From assembly GCA_003331635.1 (NCBI GenBank), contig QOPH01000002.1, forward strand, positions 68,721 to 132,720: a DNA stretch of 64,000 nt, written 5' to 3'. Position numbers and translations under genes: made by a program. The number at the start of each line of letters is the position of its first letter. The stretch's first letter is position 1. Positions 46,185-57,145 of this stretch are shown one piece after another. The notes under the pieces are model-generated. The model did no database searches. It was not told where the DNA came from and worked only from the letters and a program-made list of their open reading frames with translations. The stretch is from SAR86 cluster bacterium (GTDB lineage: Bacteria; Pseudomonadota; Gammaproteobacteria; Magnimaribacterales; TMED112).

Positions 46185-48714
46185 CAAGAGTTTCTTTAAA
46201 TCCTACTGCATCAACAAGACTTTCTTCATCTCTAGTTGATACTACTTTTACTCCTTGAGTATTCCTTCCAATAACACTTATTTGGTCAACCTGTGTTCTT
46301 ATCAATGTTCCGCGGTTTCCAATTAACATAACCTCATCTCCATCAATTACTTGAACTGCTGCTATCATTTTTCCATTTCTTTTTGACGTATTTAGTGCTA
46401 TAACACCTTTTCCGCCTCTTTTTTGCCCACTAAATTCTGAAATATTTGTTCGTTTTCCATAACCATTCTGACTAATGGTTAAAAGTTTAGCCTCAGGAAT
46501 TACTTTCATAATAGAAATCACTTTATCCTCTTTATGAATATTCATTCCCTTTACACCTCTCGTAGATCTTCCCATTGGTCTAACATCAGTCTCATTAAAT
46601 CTTATTGCTTTCCCGGATTCAGAAGCTAAACATATTTCATCGGAACCATTTGTAATTACTGTACCGATAAGTTTATCGCCATCATCTAAATTTATTGCTC
46701 TGAGTCCCGGAGCGTATTTTTTTTCAAAAGCTTTTAAAACTGTTTTCTTCACTACTCCGTTTCTTGTAGCCATTAAAATGTAATGTCCATCTTTATATTC
46801 ATCTACTGGTAAAAAAGAGGTTACTCTTTCATCATCTTCTAAAGGAAGTACATTTGAAATAGGTCTACCTTTTGCAGTCCGAGACATCACCGGTAATTTA
46901 TAGATTTCAAGCCAATGGACTTTACCTTTAGTTGTAAAACAAAGAACTTGAACATGAGTGTTCAGAACTAAAACTTGTTTAATAAAATCTTCATCTCTTA
47001 AAGCTGAAGCTGTTTTTCCAACTCCACCTCTTCGTTGAGATCTGTATTCTGCAAGTTGTTGAGTTTTTACAAACCCATTATTTGATATAGTGAATACTCT
47101 CTCCTCCTCTGGTATTAAATCAGCATCATCAATTGTTAGTCGTTTTTCGATTATTTCAGTTCTTCTTTCATCGCCAAAATCTGATTTAATTTCTTCTAGC
47201 TCTTTTTTTACAACTTTTACAAGAACCGATTCTGTTGAGAGTATCTCTTGAAGTCTTTTGATTTCTTTAATTAGTTCTTCATATTCCTCTTTCAACTTAT
47301 CAGTTTCAAGAGCAGTTAATCGACTTAATCTTAACTCAAGAATTGCTTTAGCTTGAACAACAGACAATTTATATTTTTTTCCGTTGAGACCAAAACCTTT
47401 TTCAAGTCCCTCAGGTTTACATATATCTGGATCAGCTACCTTATCAAGTAAAGGCTTGATTGTATCAGCTGACCAATCTCTTTCGCAAAGCTTCTCAGAG
47501 GCAACCTTAACATTTTCAGATTTTTTTATAATATCAATAACTTCATCTATATTTGCAATTGCAACAATTAACCCCTCAACAACATGCCCTCTCTCTTTTG
47601 CTTGTCTTAATTCAAATAATGATCTGTTTGTTACTACTGTTTTTCTATGTTCAAGAAAAATATTTAGAAGTTCTTCTAAGTTGCATAATTTAGGCCTACC
47701 ATCTACTAAAACAACATTGTTAATTCCAAAAACTTGTTCTAATTGTGTATTTTTAAATAAGTTGTTAAGAACAACTTCTGGGACCTCACCTTTTTTTAAT
47801 TCAATTACAGCTCTAATTCCGTCCTTATCTGATTCATCTCTGATTTCACCTATACCCTCTAGCTTTTTCTCTTTAACTAATTCAGCTATCCTTTCGAGCA
47901 TACGTGCCTTATTCACCATGAATGGTATTTCAGTAATTACGATTGCTTCTTTACCGCCTTTTATTTGTTCAAATGAGGTTTTTGCTCTTGTGTAAACCTT
48001 TCCTTGGCCTGTTCTATATGCTTGTTCAATTCCATCTATACCAGTAATAATTCCACCTAATGGGAAATCAGGACCTTTTACGATTTTAAGCAGGTCTTCA
48101 ATTGTACAACTAGGATTATCAAGAATGTGAATACAAGCATCTAAGATTTCCGTAGCATTATGTGGTGGAATATTAGTTGCCATACCAACTGCAATTCCAG
48201 AAGATCCATTAATCAAAAGATTTGGGACTCTTGTAGGCAAAACATCAGGTATATCTTCAGTCCCATCATAATTTGGAGAGTAGCTAACTGTCTCCTTTTC
48301 AATATCTGCAAGAATTTGGTCAGTAATTTTCTGCATTCTTATTTCTGTATATCTCATTGCTGCAGCTGAATCGCCATCAATACTTCCAAAGTTCCCTTGA
48401 CCCTCCACTAGTGGATAACGAAGTGAAAAATTTTGAGCCATCCTAACAATTGCATCGTAAACAGCAGTATCGCCGTGTGGATGGTATTTCCCTATTACTT
48501 CTCCAACCACTCTTGCAGACTTTTTATAGGGTTTATTATATGTATTTGAGAGCTTATGCATGGCGTATAAAATTCTCCTGTGAACAGGTTTCATTCCATC
48601 TCTAGCATCAGGTAATGCGCGACCGATAATGACGCTCATGGCGTAGTCTAGATATGACTTTTTTAACTCGTCTTTGACGTCTACAGAAAGGACTTCTTTA
48701 GCAAAATCTTGCAC
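46174..48714 (-). CDS. gyrA: DNA gyrase subunit A
   Basis: YAMSVI.GRALPD, HPHGD, AAMRYTE and the GyrA box QRRGGVG; GTG start. Confidence 0.98.
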   Translation of the reverse strand: MQDFAKEVLSVDVKDELKKSYLDYAMSVIIGRALPDARDGMKPVHRRILYAMHKLSNTYNKPYKKSARVVGEVIGKYHPHGDTAVYDAIVRMAQNFSLRYPLVEGQGNFGSIDGDSAAAMRYTEIRMQKITDQILADIEKETVSYSPNYDGTEDIPDVLPTRVPNLLINGSSGIAVGMATNIPPHNATEILDACIHILDNPSCTIEDLLKIVKGPDFPLGGIITGIDGIEQAYRTGQGKVYTRAKTSFEQIKGGKEAIVITEIPFMVNKARMLERIAELVKEKKLEGIGEIRDESDKDGIRAVIELKKGEVPEVVLNNLFKNTQLEQVFGINNVVLVDGRPKLCNLEELLNIFLEHRKTVVTNRSLFELRQAKERGHVVEGLIVAIANIDEVIDIIKKSENVKVASEKLCERDWSADTIKPLLDKVADPDICKPEGLEKGFGLNGKKYKLSVVQAKAILELRLSRLTALETDKLKEEYEELIKEIKRLQEILSTESVLVKVVKKELEEIKSDFGDERRTEIIEKRLTIDDADLIPEEERVFTISNNGFVKTQQLAEYRSQRRGGVGKTASALRDEDFIKQVLVLNTHVQVLCFTTKGKVHWLEIYKLPVMSRTAKGRPISNVLPLEDDERVTSFLPVDEYKDGHYILMATRNGVVKKTVLKAFEKKYAPGLRAINLDDGDKLIGTVITNGSDEICLASESGKAIRFNETDVRPMGRSTRGVKGMNIHKEDKVISIMKVIPEAKLLTISQNGYGKRTNISEFSGQKRGGKGVIALNTSKRNGKMIAAVQVIDGDEVMLIGNRGTLIRTQVDQISVIGRNTQGVKVVSTRDEESLVDAVGFKETLDEE

Positions 48715-48720
48715 GGGATA

Positions 48721-48729
48721 ATTTTATCA
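48721..48729 (-). promoter_or_regulatory. Extended -10 element directly before the gyrA start (leaderless-type promoter)
   Basis: TGATAAAAT, then 6 nt, then GTG; no Shine-Dalgarno sequence. Confidence 0.5.
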
Positions 48730-48741
48730 TAATAGCTAGTA

Positions 48742-50136
48742 CTAATCTTTAAATTCAGCTACTAATTTGGAGATACTTTCCTTAGCATCACCGAAAAGCA
48801 TTCTGCTATTTTCCTTAAAGAATAAAGGGTTTTGTACCCCTGCGAAACCAGATGACATTGATCTTTTTAAAATAATGACAGTCTTTGCTTTATGAACTTC
48901 TATTATTGGCATTCCATAAATAGGACTACCAGGTTGCTCAGTTGCAGAAGGATTCACAACATCATTAGCACCAATCACTAAGACTACGTCAACAGTATTC
49001 ATTTTCGGATTTATATCTTTTGGTTCTAATAAGTTATCGTAGGGAACATTTGCCTCAGCTAAAAGCACATTCATATGTCCAGGCATTCTGCCAGCTACAG
49101 GATGTATACCGAAATTTATCTCACATCCATTCTCTTCAAGAAGATCTCCAAGTTCTTTTACAACATGTTGTGCTTGAGCAACCGCCATTCCATACCCTGG
49201 TACAACTAATACTGAACTTGCTGATTCTAAAATCAAAAAACTATCCTCAGCACTAATGGGCTTAACCTCTCCCGATACTTCTTGAGCATCGCCCTTAGAG
49301 GCTGCATATCCAACAAAGAAAATATTGTACAAAGATCTATTCATAGATTTTGCCATGATTAAGGTTAGGACAAGTCCAGAAGCTCCAACTAAACATCCAG
49401 CAACAATTAATGCAGTATTCGAAATAACAATTCCTGCAAAAGCAGCTGCGACTCCAGATAATGAATTTAATAATGAAATTACTACAGGCATATCTCCACC
49501 GCCTATTGGTAAAACAAAAAATATTCCAGCAAGAATTGAGACAATAAGTAAGACTATAAATCCATCATTTACAGCTAAAAGAATTGGTCCAAAATTAAAT
49601 AAATCCAGAAAAACAGTTACAGTAAAAACTCCAAGATAAATAAATGATGTAATGAGAAATACTCTGGAAAATTTATCTAAAAATACAGGGGATGATTTTA
49701 AGCTCTCAGATAACTTTAAAAATGCAATCACACTTCCAGAGAAAGTCACACCACCAATAAATACAGTTAAAGAGGTGATCAATATTAAAATATTTATTTC
49801 AGATGTTGATGTAAATTCAGACCATGCCAAAAAGAAAGAGGATAAACCCCCAAAACCATTAAATAATGCAACCATTTCGGGGATTGAGGTCATTTTTACT
49901 CTTAATGCAAACAGGGCACCAATACTTCCACCAAGTAAGATTGCAACTAAAACTAGTATTGGATTAATAATGTTAGTGACAGTAACTAAAATAGCCAAAA
50001 ACATACCTATGGAAGATACAAGATTACCTCTGGCTGCGGAGCTTTCCTGACCCAACATTTTTAGTCCAAAAATAAATAAAATAGCTGCTAAAATGTATCC
50101 AAATTCCTGCAAGAAAATATAATTAAAATCCATCAT
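48742..50136 (-). CDS. pntB: NAD(P) transhydrogenase subunit beta
   Basis: IGGGDMPVVISLLNS, PGYGMAVAQAQH, HPVAGRMPGHMNVLLAEA and GANDVVNP motifs. Confidence 0.96.
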   Translation of the reverse strand: MMDFNYIFLQEFGYILAAILFIFGLKMLGQESSAARGNLVSSIGMFLAILVTVTNIINPILVLVAILLGGSIGALFALRVKMTSIPEMVALFNGFGGLSSFFLAWSEFTSTSEINILILITSLTVFIGGVTFSGSVIAFLKLSESLKSSPVFLDKFSRVFLITSFIYLGVFTVTVFLDLFNFGPILLAVNDGFIVLLIVSILAGIFFVLPIGGGDMPVVISLLNSLSGVAAAFAGIVISNTALIVAGCLVGASGLVLTLIMAKSMNRSLYNIFFVGYAASKGDAQEVSGEVKPISAEDSFLILESASSVLVVPGYGMAVAQAQHVVKELGDLLEENGCEINFGIHPVAGRMPGHMNVLLAEANVPYDNLLEPKDINPKMNTVDVVLVIGANDVVNPSATEQPGSPIYGMPIIEVHKAKTVIILKRSMSSGFAGVQNPLFFKENSRMLFGDAKESISKLVAEFKD

Positions 50137-50405
50137 TTTTTCTTAAACATCCTCAACATTCTATTTGTGACCAGATAACCTCCAACTACATTTATCGATG
50201 CAAATGTAATAGAGCAAAATGCTAAAACTATTTGAAGTGTGTTGCCAGTTTCAAGTGTAAGAGCGCCTACAAGTGTAATTCCACTTATCGCGTTTGCACC
50301 AGACATAAGAGGTGTATGGAGGGTGCTTGGTATTTTTGAAATTAACTCTAAGCCTAAAAAAACTGCCAAGACTAATATAAATATTAGCAATAATATTATT
50401 TCCAT
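50133..50405 (-). CDS. pntAB: NAD(P) transhydrogenase alpha subunit part 2 (membrane)
   Basis: LHTPLMSGANAISG and N.VGGY.VT.RML.MF motifs. Confidence 0.93.
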   Translation of the reverse strand: MEIILLLIFILVLAVFLGLELISKIPSTLHTPLMSGANAISGITLVGALTLETGNTLQIVLAFCSITFASINVVGGYLVTNRMLRMFKKK

Positions 50406-51523
50406 TAATCAAACTCCTTTTTAAGAATTTTTCCGGCACTTACAACAGCAGCACTTTGTAAAATTTCGTCCTCTAGATTTAAATTAAAAGATTTTTTTTC
50501 ATTATCATAAAAATCTGAAATGAGATTGATAAAGTTATTGCTCAAAGCAAAGGATGCATGACTCGAAACATAAGATGGTAAGTTACTTAATCCAACAATA
50601 TTTACACCATTAATATTTTCTATTGAATCAATCTTTGAGCCCTCTACGTTTCCACCAGATTCAATTGCCATATCAAAAACAACACTACCTTCCTTCATTG
50701 CTTTTATTGTGTTTAGATCAATTAATTTTGGAGCAGGCTTTCCAAAGATTTGTGCCGTTGTAATTACGATATCAGATTTCTTACAAACATCTGCTTGTAG
50801 ATTTTTTTGTAATTTAAGTTGTTCTTTTGTTAATTCTTTAGCATAACCTTGCGAAGTTTCACCAGTGTTGCCAAGATCTATCTTAACAAACTTTGCTCCC
50901 AAAGATTTTACTTGCTCCTCAACAATAGGTCTTGTATCAAAAGCTTCCACTTTAGCTCCTAACCTTTTTGCAGTTGCAATAGCTTGCAAACCAGCTACAC
51001 CTACACCTATCACAAAAACATTTGCAGGCTTTAATGTTCCGGCTGCTGTCATCATCATTGGTAAAGCTGCATTTAGTAATTTTGCTGATTCAATTACTGC
51101 TACATATCCGGCCAAGTTAGATTGACTTGATAAAACATCCATTTTTTGAGCTCTAGTTATTCTTGGTATAAATTCCATACTAATGGCAGTATTCCCTCTC
51201 TTTTTAAATTGTTGAAACTGCTCCCTATTGGTAAAAGGATTAAGAAGACCCATAAAAATTGAATTACTTTTCATATCCATGATTTCATCGTCATTCAATT
51301 TTCCTGGAGAAAGCAAAATATCAGATGATCTAATACAGTCATGTCGTGATTTGCTTTTAGCACCAATTTTCTCGAATTTACTATCAGTAGCGCTAATCCC
51401 ATCGCCAGCTCCACTTTCAAAAATGACTTCTATACCCATATCAAGAAGATATTTAATAGTGTCAGGATGAATAGCTGATCTTAAGTCTTTTTTATCGGTT
51501 GATGAAATTGCTCCAAGGATCAT
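50405..51523 (-). CDS. pntAA: NAD(P) transhydrogenase alpha subunit part 1 (NAD-binding)
   Basis: PRITRAQKMDVLSSQ.NLAGY, GVGVAGLQAIATAKRLGA and D.A...GGN motifs. Confidence 0.95.
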   Translation of the reverse strand: MILGAISSTDKKDLRSAIHPDTIKYLLDMGIEVIFESGAGDGISATDSKFEKIGAKSKSRHDCIRSSDILLSPGKLNDDEIMDMKSNSIFMGLLNPFTNREQFQQFKKRGNTAISMEFIPRITRAQKMDVLSSQSNLAGYVAVIESAKLLNAALPMMMTAAGTLKPANVFVIGVGVAGLQAIATAKRLGAKVEAFDTRPIVEEQVKSLGAKFVKIDLGNTGETSQGYAKELTKEQLKLQKNLQADVCKKSDIVITTAQIFGKPAPKLIDLNTIKAMKEGSVVFDMAIESGGNVEGSKIDSIENINGVNIVGLSNLPSYVSSHASFALSNNFINLISDFYDNEKKSFNLNLEDEILQSAAVVSAGKILKKEFD

Positions 51524-51569
51524 AAAAGTTTAAAAGATTTATATTTTGACATTAATTATACTTTAACCA

Positions 51570-52262
51570 ATGGAAAATTTTGACAAATCAGAAATAGAAA
51601 AGTTTAGTTCTTTAGCTGATCAGTGGTGGAATCCATCAGGTAAGTTCAAGCCTCTTCACCTAATTAACCCTCTGAGAGCTGATTACATTTCAAGTAAAGT
51701 TAATTTAAAGAACAAAAAAATTCTAGATGTAGGTTGTGGTGGAGGCATTTTAGCAGAGTCTTTGGCGTTAAAAGGAGCGAATGTGAAGGGAATTGATTTA
51801 GCTGATGGCCCTTTAGAAGTTGCAAAGATCCGGGAGCAAAAAAGAAATCTTGGAATAACTTATGAGAAGATCGAAACTTCTAAACTAATTAAGAAAAAAG
51901 AAAAATTTGATGTAATCACCTGTTTAGAAATGCTAGAGCATGTCCCCGATCCAGAAAAGACCGTTAAAGAATGTTCAGAATTGTTGAATAATAATGGCGA
52001 TATTTTCTTTTCAACAATTAACAGAAATCTAAAAGCATTTACTTTAGCAATTCTTGGAGCTGAATATATATTAAATATACTGCCGAAGGGTACACATGAC
52101 TATGAAAAGCTCATCAAACCCTCAGAGCTCTTAACTTACATAGATAAAGGTGGTTTAGATTTCTCAGAAATTAAAGGTATGACATATATTCCCTTTTTCG
52201 ATATTGTAAAATTATCGAATGATCCATCCGTTAACTACATAATTCATGCCCGAAAAAAATAA
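51570..52262 (+). CDS. ubiG: Ubiquinone biosynthesis O-methyltransferase
   Basis: EIEKF...A..WW...G.FKPLH.INPLR, LDVGCGGG, EMLEHVPDP and PKGTH motifs. Confidence 0.95.
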   Translation: MENFDKSEIEKFSSLADQWWNPSGKFKPLHLINPLRADYISSKVNLKNKKILDVGCGGGILAESLALKGANVKGIDLADGPLEVAKIREQKRNLGITYEKIETSKLIKKKEKFDVITCLEMLEHVPDPEKTVKECSELLNNNGDIFFSTINRNLKAFTLAILGAEYILNILPKGTHDYEKLIKPSELLTYIDKGGLDFSEIKGMTYIPFFDIVKLSNDPSVNYIIHARKK

Positions 52263-52896
52263 AGCGCTAATTTTCGATCTGGATGGAACACTTCTCAATT
52301 CTGCAATCAATTTCCATAAAATTGTTAACGAACTAAAGTCAGAGAAAGGGCAAAAAGAATCTGCATTTGATGATGTTAGAAAATTTTCTTCCCGTGGAGC
52401 ATATCTTGTTTTAAGAAACTGTTTTAAAAATGAAAGTGAAGAAGAAATTAATCATCTAAAAGAAGAGTTTTTAAAACGCTATCATTCTTCAATGGTTGAG
52501 GAAATTAACTTATACCCTGATGTAGATGATTTAGTTAAGAAAATGACAGAAGAAAAAATACCCTGGGGAATAATGACTAATAAATCTAATACATATACTA
52601 CGCCTATAATGCAAAAATTAGGGTGGAACAAACTTACATCTGCGATCATTTGTCCTGAAGATGTATCAGAGGCAAAACCAAGTCCCGAGGGAGTTTTAAA
52701 ATGTTTAGAGATACTAAATGCAGATGCTAAAAAATCATTTTATATTGGTGATCATGAGAGAGATATAATTACCGGTAAAAATGCTGGACTACGAACAATT
52801 GCATGTACTTATGGTTACTTTGAATCAAATCCATTAACTTGGAAGGCTGACTTTTTTGTTAATGAGCCAATCGAACTGCAAGAGTTTTTAAAATGA
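52246..52896 (+). CDS. HAD phosphatase (phosphoglycolate phosphatase/MupP-like)
   Basis: FDLDGTL, TNK, KPSP and IGDHERD motifs; ubiG-HAD-yciK synteny. Confidence 0.85.
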   Translation: MPEKNKALIFDLDGTLLNSAINFHKIVNELKSEKGQKESAFDDVRKFSSRGAYLVLRNCFKNESEEEINHLKEEFLKRYHSSMVEEINLYPDVDDLVKKMTEEKIPWGIMTNKSNTYTTPIMQKLGWNKLTSAIICPEDVSEAKPSPEGVLKCLEILNADAKKSFYIGDHERDIITGKNAGLRTIACTYGYFESNPLTWKADFFVNEPIELQEFLK

Positions 52897-53627
52897 AAAT
52901 ACCAAAATCTAAACTTAGTAAAAATTCCCTCAAAGAAAGGGTAATAGTGGTCACAGGTGCAGGTTCAGGAATTGGAAGGGCTCTTTCTTTTGAGCTCGCT
53001 AAAAATAATGCAGATTTAATTTTATTATCAAGAGATCAGATAAAATTGGATTCTTTACAGGATGAGATTAAAGAGAAATTTGGAATTGAACCTCTTACAG
53101 TTGAATTTGACTTCTTTAAAGCAAAAGAAAAGGACTATAACTTTCTCATTGAAAATCTTATAGATAATTACACAAAAATTGATGGATTAGTTCATGTGGC
53201 TGGAATCCTTGGTTATTTATCTCCATTTACAAGCACATCACCTTCACAGCTTGAAACTGTAATGAAAGTTAATTTTGAAAGTAATTTTCTGCTGACAAAG
53301 GTTTTGATGCCATTGTTAGAAAAGTCAGAGTGTCCATCAGTAATATTTACGTCTTCAGGAGTTGGAAGAAAAGGACGAGCGTTTTGGACATCCTACTCAA
53401 TCTCAAAATTTGCTGTAGAGGGATTAATGCAAGTACTCGCAGATGAATATGAAGGTAGAGTTAAATTTAATACCTTTAACCCAGGTCCAACAAGAACTAA
53501 AATGAGAGCACAGGCCTTTCCTGCTGAGGATCCTCTAACATTAAAGAGCCCCCAAGATGTTGCGGAAAGTTATTTATGGCTTCTATCAGAAGAATGTAAT
53601 GAAACAGGAAAAGGTTATGAATATTGA
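52893..53627 (+). CDS. yciK: YciK-family short-chain dehydrogenase
   Basis: TGAGSGIG, TSSGVGRKGRA.W..YSISK and NPG.TRT.MRAQAFP.ED motifs. Confidence 0.85.
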   Translation: MKIPKSKLSKNSLKERVIVVTGAGSGIGRALSFELAKNNADLILLSRDQIKLDSLQDEIKEKFGIEPLTVEFDFFKAKEKDYNFLIENLIDNYTKIDGLVHVAGILGYLSPFTSTSPSQLETVMKVNFESNFLLTKVLMPLLEKSECPSVIFTSSGVGRKGRAFWTSYSISKFAVEGLMQVLADEYEGRVKFNTFNPGPTRTKMRAQAFPAEDPLTLKSPQDVAESYLWLLSEECNETGKGYEY

Positions 53628-53856
53628 AGATTTGATTGACTCCCTCAAAAAAGGTGTAGTGAATATTACTTTTAAAAAAATTGACTCTGGCGAGATAAGA
53701 AAAATGCCCTCAACTCTTAAACAAGATCTAATGCCAGACGGTACAAAAATTCAAAGCATTTCATCTAACAGTGACACCATAATGGTATGGTCGCTTGATA
53801 AAAAGGCGTGGAGAGATATAAGAGTTGATACTATAAGCTCTTGGGAAGCTGTATAG
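53617..53856 (+). CDS. Small SH3/WYL-like beta-barrel protein (DUF2693-like)
   Basis: L..GVV.ITFKK.D.GEIR.M..TL...VW.LDKKAWRDIR pattern; ATG at 53617. Confidence 0.65.
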   Translation: MNIEDLIDSLKKGVVNITFKKIDSGEIRKMPSTLKQDLMPDGTKIQSISSNSDTIMVWSLDKKAWRDIRVDTISSWEAV

Positions 53857-54595
53857 AGTATTTTTTTAAAAAACTTTCAATATCTTTTTTTGAAAGATTT
53901 TTCCATTGCCCTTTTTTCAGTGTATCTGGTAAAAAAATTGAGCCAAATCTTACTCTTATAAGTCTATTAACGGTCAACTTTTGTGTTTCCCAGAGTTTTC
54001 GAACTTCCCTATTTTTTCCTGAAAAAATACATACATAGAACCAATTATTTTTTGATGATCCAGATTTTTTTACTGGCGCTATATCAGAGAAACTGCAAAG
54101 CTCTCCCCCAATTTTTACACCTTCAACTAAATTTGATATTTTTTTATCTGTAGTTTCTCCATAAACTCTACATAAGTACTCTCTATCAATACCTGAGCTT
54201 GGATGCATCAATACATTTACTAAGTCGCCGTTGTTTGAGAATAAAATTAATCCTGAAGTATTTATATCAAGACGGCCAACCATAATCCACTTGCCATTTT
54301 TTCTTTCAGGCAAATGATTAAATACGTTGTCATGAGATTCCTTATTGGAATTTGAACAAATTTGTCCTACAGGCTTATGATAAATTAAGATTTCTGTCCT
54401 TGGATTTAAGTCAACAATAATTTCTTCGCCATTTACATTAAGCACGTCACCGTCAGAAACAAAATCTGTAAATCTTGCATTTTTTTTATTTAAAAGAATT
54501 TTTGAACTTTTGAAGAAATCATCTGTATCTCTTCTATTTGTTAAACCTAAGTTAGAAAGGTATTTGCCAATCTTTTCTTTAGACTTCTTTCTCAT
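53831..54595 (-). CDS. rluB: 23S rRNA pseudouridine synthase (RluB-like)
   Basis: S4 domain, HKP.G, VGRLDINTSGL, MHPS, REY and GKNREVR motifs; downstream of scpAB. Confidence 0.88.
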   Translation of the reverse strand: MRKKSKEKIGKYLSNLGLTNRRDTDDFFKSSKILLNKKNARFTDFVSDGDVLNVNGEEIIVDLNPRTEILIYHKPVGQICSNSNKESHDNVFNHLPERKNGKWIMVGRLDINTSGLILFSNNGDLVNVLMHPSSGIDREYLCRVYGETTDKKISNLVEGVKIGGELCSFSDIAPVKKSGSSKNNWFYVCIFSGKNREVRKLWETQKLTVNRLIRVRFGSIFLPDTLKKGQWKNLSKKDIESFLKKYSIQLPKSL

Positions 54596-55160
54596 CAACC
54601 TGATCTATCTTCACCTCTAATGCTAGCTCAGGACTAATATCGATTGGATCTGGCAATTCGGGTAGTTTTGGTAAATCATCTAAATTTTTCATTGAGAAAT
54701 CATCTAAAAATTTGTTAGTAGTTATAAAAAGAGCAGGTCTTCCAGGAACATCTCTATATCCTTTAATTTTAATCCAGCCTTGATCAATTAGAAGTTTGAT
54801 AACATTTGTAGCAACATTAACACCTCTAATATCCTCAATATCTCCTCTAGTGACAGGCTGCATATAGGCAATTATAGAAAGTGTTTCAAGAGTTGCTTTA
54901 GAGAGTCTTAATGATTTAATTTCCCATAATTTGGCAATATCCTCTGAAAATTCTTGTTTAATTTGCAATCTGTAGCCATTAGAAACTTCTACTAAATTAC
55001 TAGGTCTATTTTCATATTCTTTTTGAAGTTTGAAAATTGCATTCAAGATCTCTGACTCCTCTTCTTCCGAAGAAATTTCTAACATTTCTTTGAAATCAAT
55101 TATTGATAGAGGTCTATTAGCAGCTAAAAGTAGTGCTTCAATTCTTGATTTAATATCCAT
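54579..55160 (-). CDS. scpB: SMC-Scp complex subunit ScpB
   Basis: IEALL, LS.ATLETLSIIAY.QPVTR.DIE.IRGV and PGRP..F.TT..FL motifs. Confidence 0.95.
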   Translation of the reverse strand: MDIKSRIEALLLAANRPLSIIDFKEMLEISSEEEESEILNAIFKLQKEYENRPSNLVEVSNGYRLQIKQEFSEDIAKLWEIKSLRLSKATLETLSIIAYMQPVTRGDIEDIRGVNVATNVIKLLIDQGWIKIKGYRDVPGRPALFITTNKFLDDFSMKNLDDLPKLPELPDPIDISPELALEVKIDQVDEKEV

Positions 55161-55957
55161 TAATGAACAGCCTCCTCAGAGCTTTTGAAATAAACTTCAC
55201 TAAACTGCTCTGCCTGTACGATTTCAATGTAACCTTTTTTATTTAATTCAAGCCCTGCGACTAAAATTACAGAAACAGCTAATTTAGACTCCCCTTTTTG
55301 AACGAGTTCTGGTAACGAGATAAAATCTCTATCTTTCAATAAATTTAAAATTTGTTTCATTTTTGATTCAACAGTTATATTTTCAAAAGTAATCTTATGG
55401 CTTTGCAGCCTATCCATCTCTGATAAGAGATTTTTTAATGCAAATGCTAAATCAGCTTTCTCATAATTATTTTTTGGTTTTGGAAGTTCAAATTCTGGTA
55501 TTTTAGCGGACGCAGGAAAAATGTCTCTATCAATTCTAGGCATTGAGTCAATTTCCAAAGATATATCCTTAAACCTCTTATACTCTTGAAGTCTTCGAAT
55601 TAATTCTGCTTTCGGATCATCTTCTTCCTCTTCATTTATTTCTTCACGTGGTAAAAGAATTCTTGATTTTACTTCAGCCAGATATGCAGCCATTGCCAAA
55701 TAATCTCCAGCAAGTTCATATTCAAAGTCTTCCATCATATCTATGTATGCTATATATTGATCTGTGATTTCAACTAGATTTACCTCTAAAATATCAAGGT
55801 TTTTTCTTTGTACAAGATACAAAAGAAAATCCATTGGGCCCGAAAAAACATCAAGGAGAAGTAGCAGGGCTTTTGGAGGTATATATAAATTTTCTGGAAG
55901 AGAGTCTACGGTACTCCCTTTTACTTTTGGTAAAGCTATTTCCTGAGCTATCTCCAT
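55160..55957 (-). CDS. scpA: Segregation/condensation protein A (kleisin)
   Basis: LYIPP, F.GP.D.LLYL, YL.MAA.L..KSR.LLP and L..RL.EY motifs. Confidence 0.92.
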   Translation of the reverse strand: MEIAQEIALPKVKGSTVDSLPENLYIPPKALLLLLDVFSGPMDFLLYLVQRKNLDILEVNLVEITDQYIAYIDMMEDFEYELAGDYLAMAAYLAEVKSRILLPREEINEEEEDDPKAELIRRLQEYKRFKDISLEIDSMPRIDRDIFPASAKIPEFELPKPKNNYEKADLAFALKNLLSEMDRLQSHKITFENITVESKMKQILNLLKDRDFISLPELVQKGESKLAVSVILVAGLELNKKGYIEIVQAEQFSEVYFKSSEEAVH

Positions 55958-56092
55958 ACACTACATATTGTATATAAAAATCAATTTAAATACTAAATAT
56001 TGTGTTTTAATTTTTTTTTGGACTTTTTTTTAAAAATAACACCATAAGTAAACATAATCTTAATTAGTAGGGTAAAATTTACCTTCTTAAAC

Positions 56093-57145
56093 ATGATGTA
56101 TATAACTGACAATAGCAGAATTTTATCAAGAGAAGAGCTTTCGACTCCTGAAGAGATTACAAATGAGATACCTCTTGATAAAGAGTCCTCAAAATTAATA
56201 TTCGGAGCAAGAAACAATATAAGCAAAATTCTCCATGGTCTAGATGACAGAATTATTGCTGTTGTAGGTCCATGCTCTATCCATGATCCAAAGGCAGCAA
56301 TTGATTATGCAAAAAAATTGAAGCCACTTGCTGAAAAAATTGAAAATGAAGTAGTTGTTATCATGCGAGTATATTTTGAAAAACCTCGTACGACTGTAGG
56401 ATGGAAAGGTTTGATTAATGATCCAAGAATAGATAATTCTTTTAAAATAAATGAAGGGCTAAGAGTTGCTAGGAAGGTCTTGAGAGATATAACGAATGTA
56501 GGTATTCCTGCGGGAACTGAATTTTTAGATCTAATATCTCCACAATATATATCAGACCTTGTTAGTTGGGGAGCTATTGGTGCAAGAACGTCTGAAAGTC
56601 AAGTTCACAGAGAGCTTACATCAGGTCTTTCATGTCCTGTTGGAATAAAAAACTCAACAAATGGAGAGTTTAAAGCAGCTATTGATGGAATGAAGTCTGC
56701 ACAATATCAACATGTTTTTTTAGGAACTACTAAGCAAGGAAAGGTTGCTATATTCAAAACCTCAGGAAATGATGACACACATATAATTTTAAGAGGTGGC
56801 AAGCAGCCAAATTATGAGGCTGAAGATATCCAAAAATGCCTAGAAGAACTTAAAAAATCAGAAGTAAATCAATGTATTATGGTTGATTTTAGTCATGGTA
56901 ACAGCCAAAAAATTCCTGGTAATCAAAAAAAGGTAAGCCAGTCAGTTTGTAAACAAATTGAGACTGGTAATAAAAATATTGTAGGTGTAATGATTGAAAG
57001 TAATATTGAAGAAGGTAATCAAAAAATATCTGATAAAATGGAGTATGGAAAAAGCATTACTGATGCTTGTCTTGGATGGGAAGATACTGAAATTTTATTA
57101 AATGATCTGTCCTCTTCAGTAGAAAAGAGAAGAAATATTGGATAA
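56093..57145 (+). CDS. aroG: DAHP synthase, type I-alpha (housekeeping)
   Basis: VGPCSIHD, RVYFEKPRTTVGWKG, IGARTSESQ.HR, DFSHGNS and SITDAC motifs. Confidence 0.93.
   Translation: MMYITDNSRILSREELSTPEEITNEIPLDKESSKLIFGARNNISKILHGLDDRIIAVVGPCSIHDPKAAIDYAKKLKPLAEKIENEVVVIMRVYFEKPRTTVGWKGLINDPRIDNSFKINEGLRVARKVLRDITNVGIPAGTEFLDLISPQYISDLVSWGAIGARTSESQVHRELTSGLSCPVGIKNSTNGEFKAAIDGMKSAQYQHVFLGTTKQGKVAIFKTSGNDDTHIILRGGKQPNYEAEDIQKCLEELKKSEVNQCIMVDFSHGNSQKIPGNQKKVSQSVCKQIETGNKNIVGVMIESNIEEGNQKISDKMEYGKSITDACLGWEDTEILLNDLSSSVEKRRNIG

Noticed and set aside
48460-48480. GyrA Thr at the Ser83-equivalent position as quinolone resistance
   Set aside because: HGDTAVYD is the wild-type state in Pseudomonas-like gammaproteobacteria
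50133-51523. Split pntA as a pseudogene or frameshift
   Set aside because: Three-subunit transhydrogenase (alpha1/alpha2/beta) is a well-known natural form
55993-56226. 77-aa minus-strand ORF in the scpA/aroG divergent region
   Set aside because: Overlaps the aroG start, and its tail is translated poly-A/T promoter DNA
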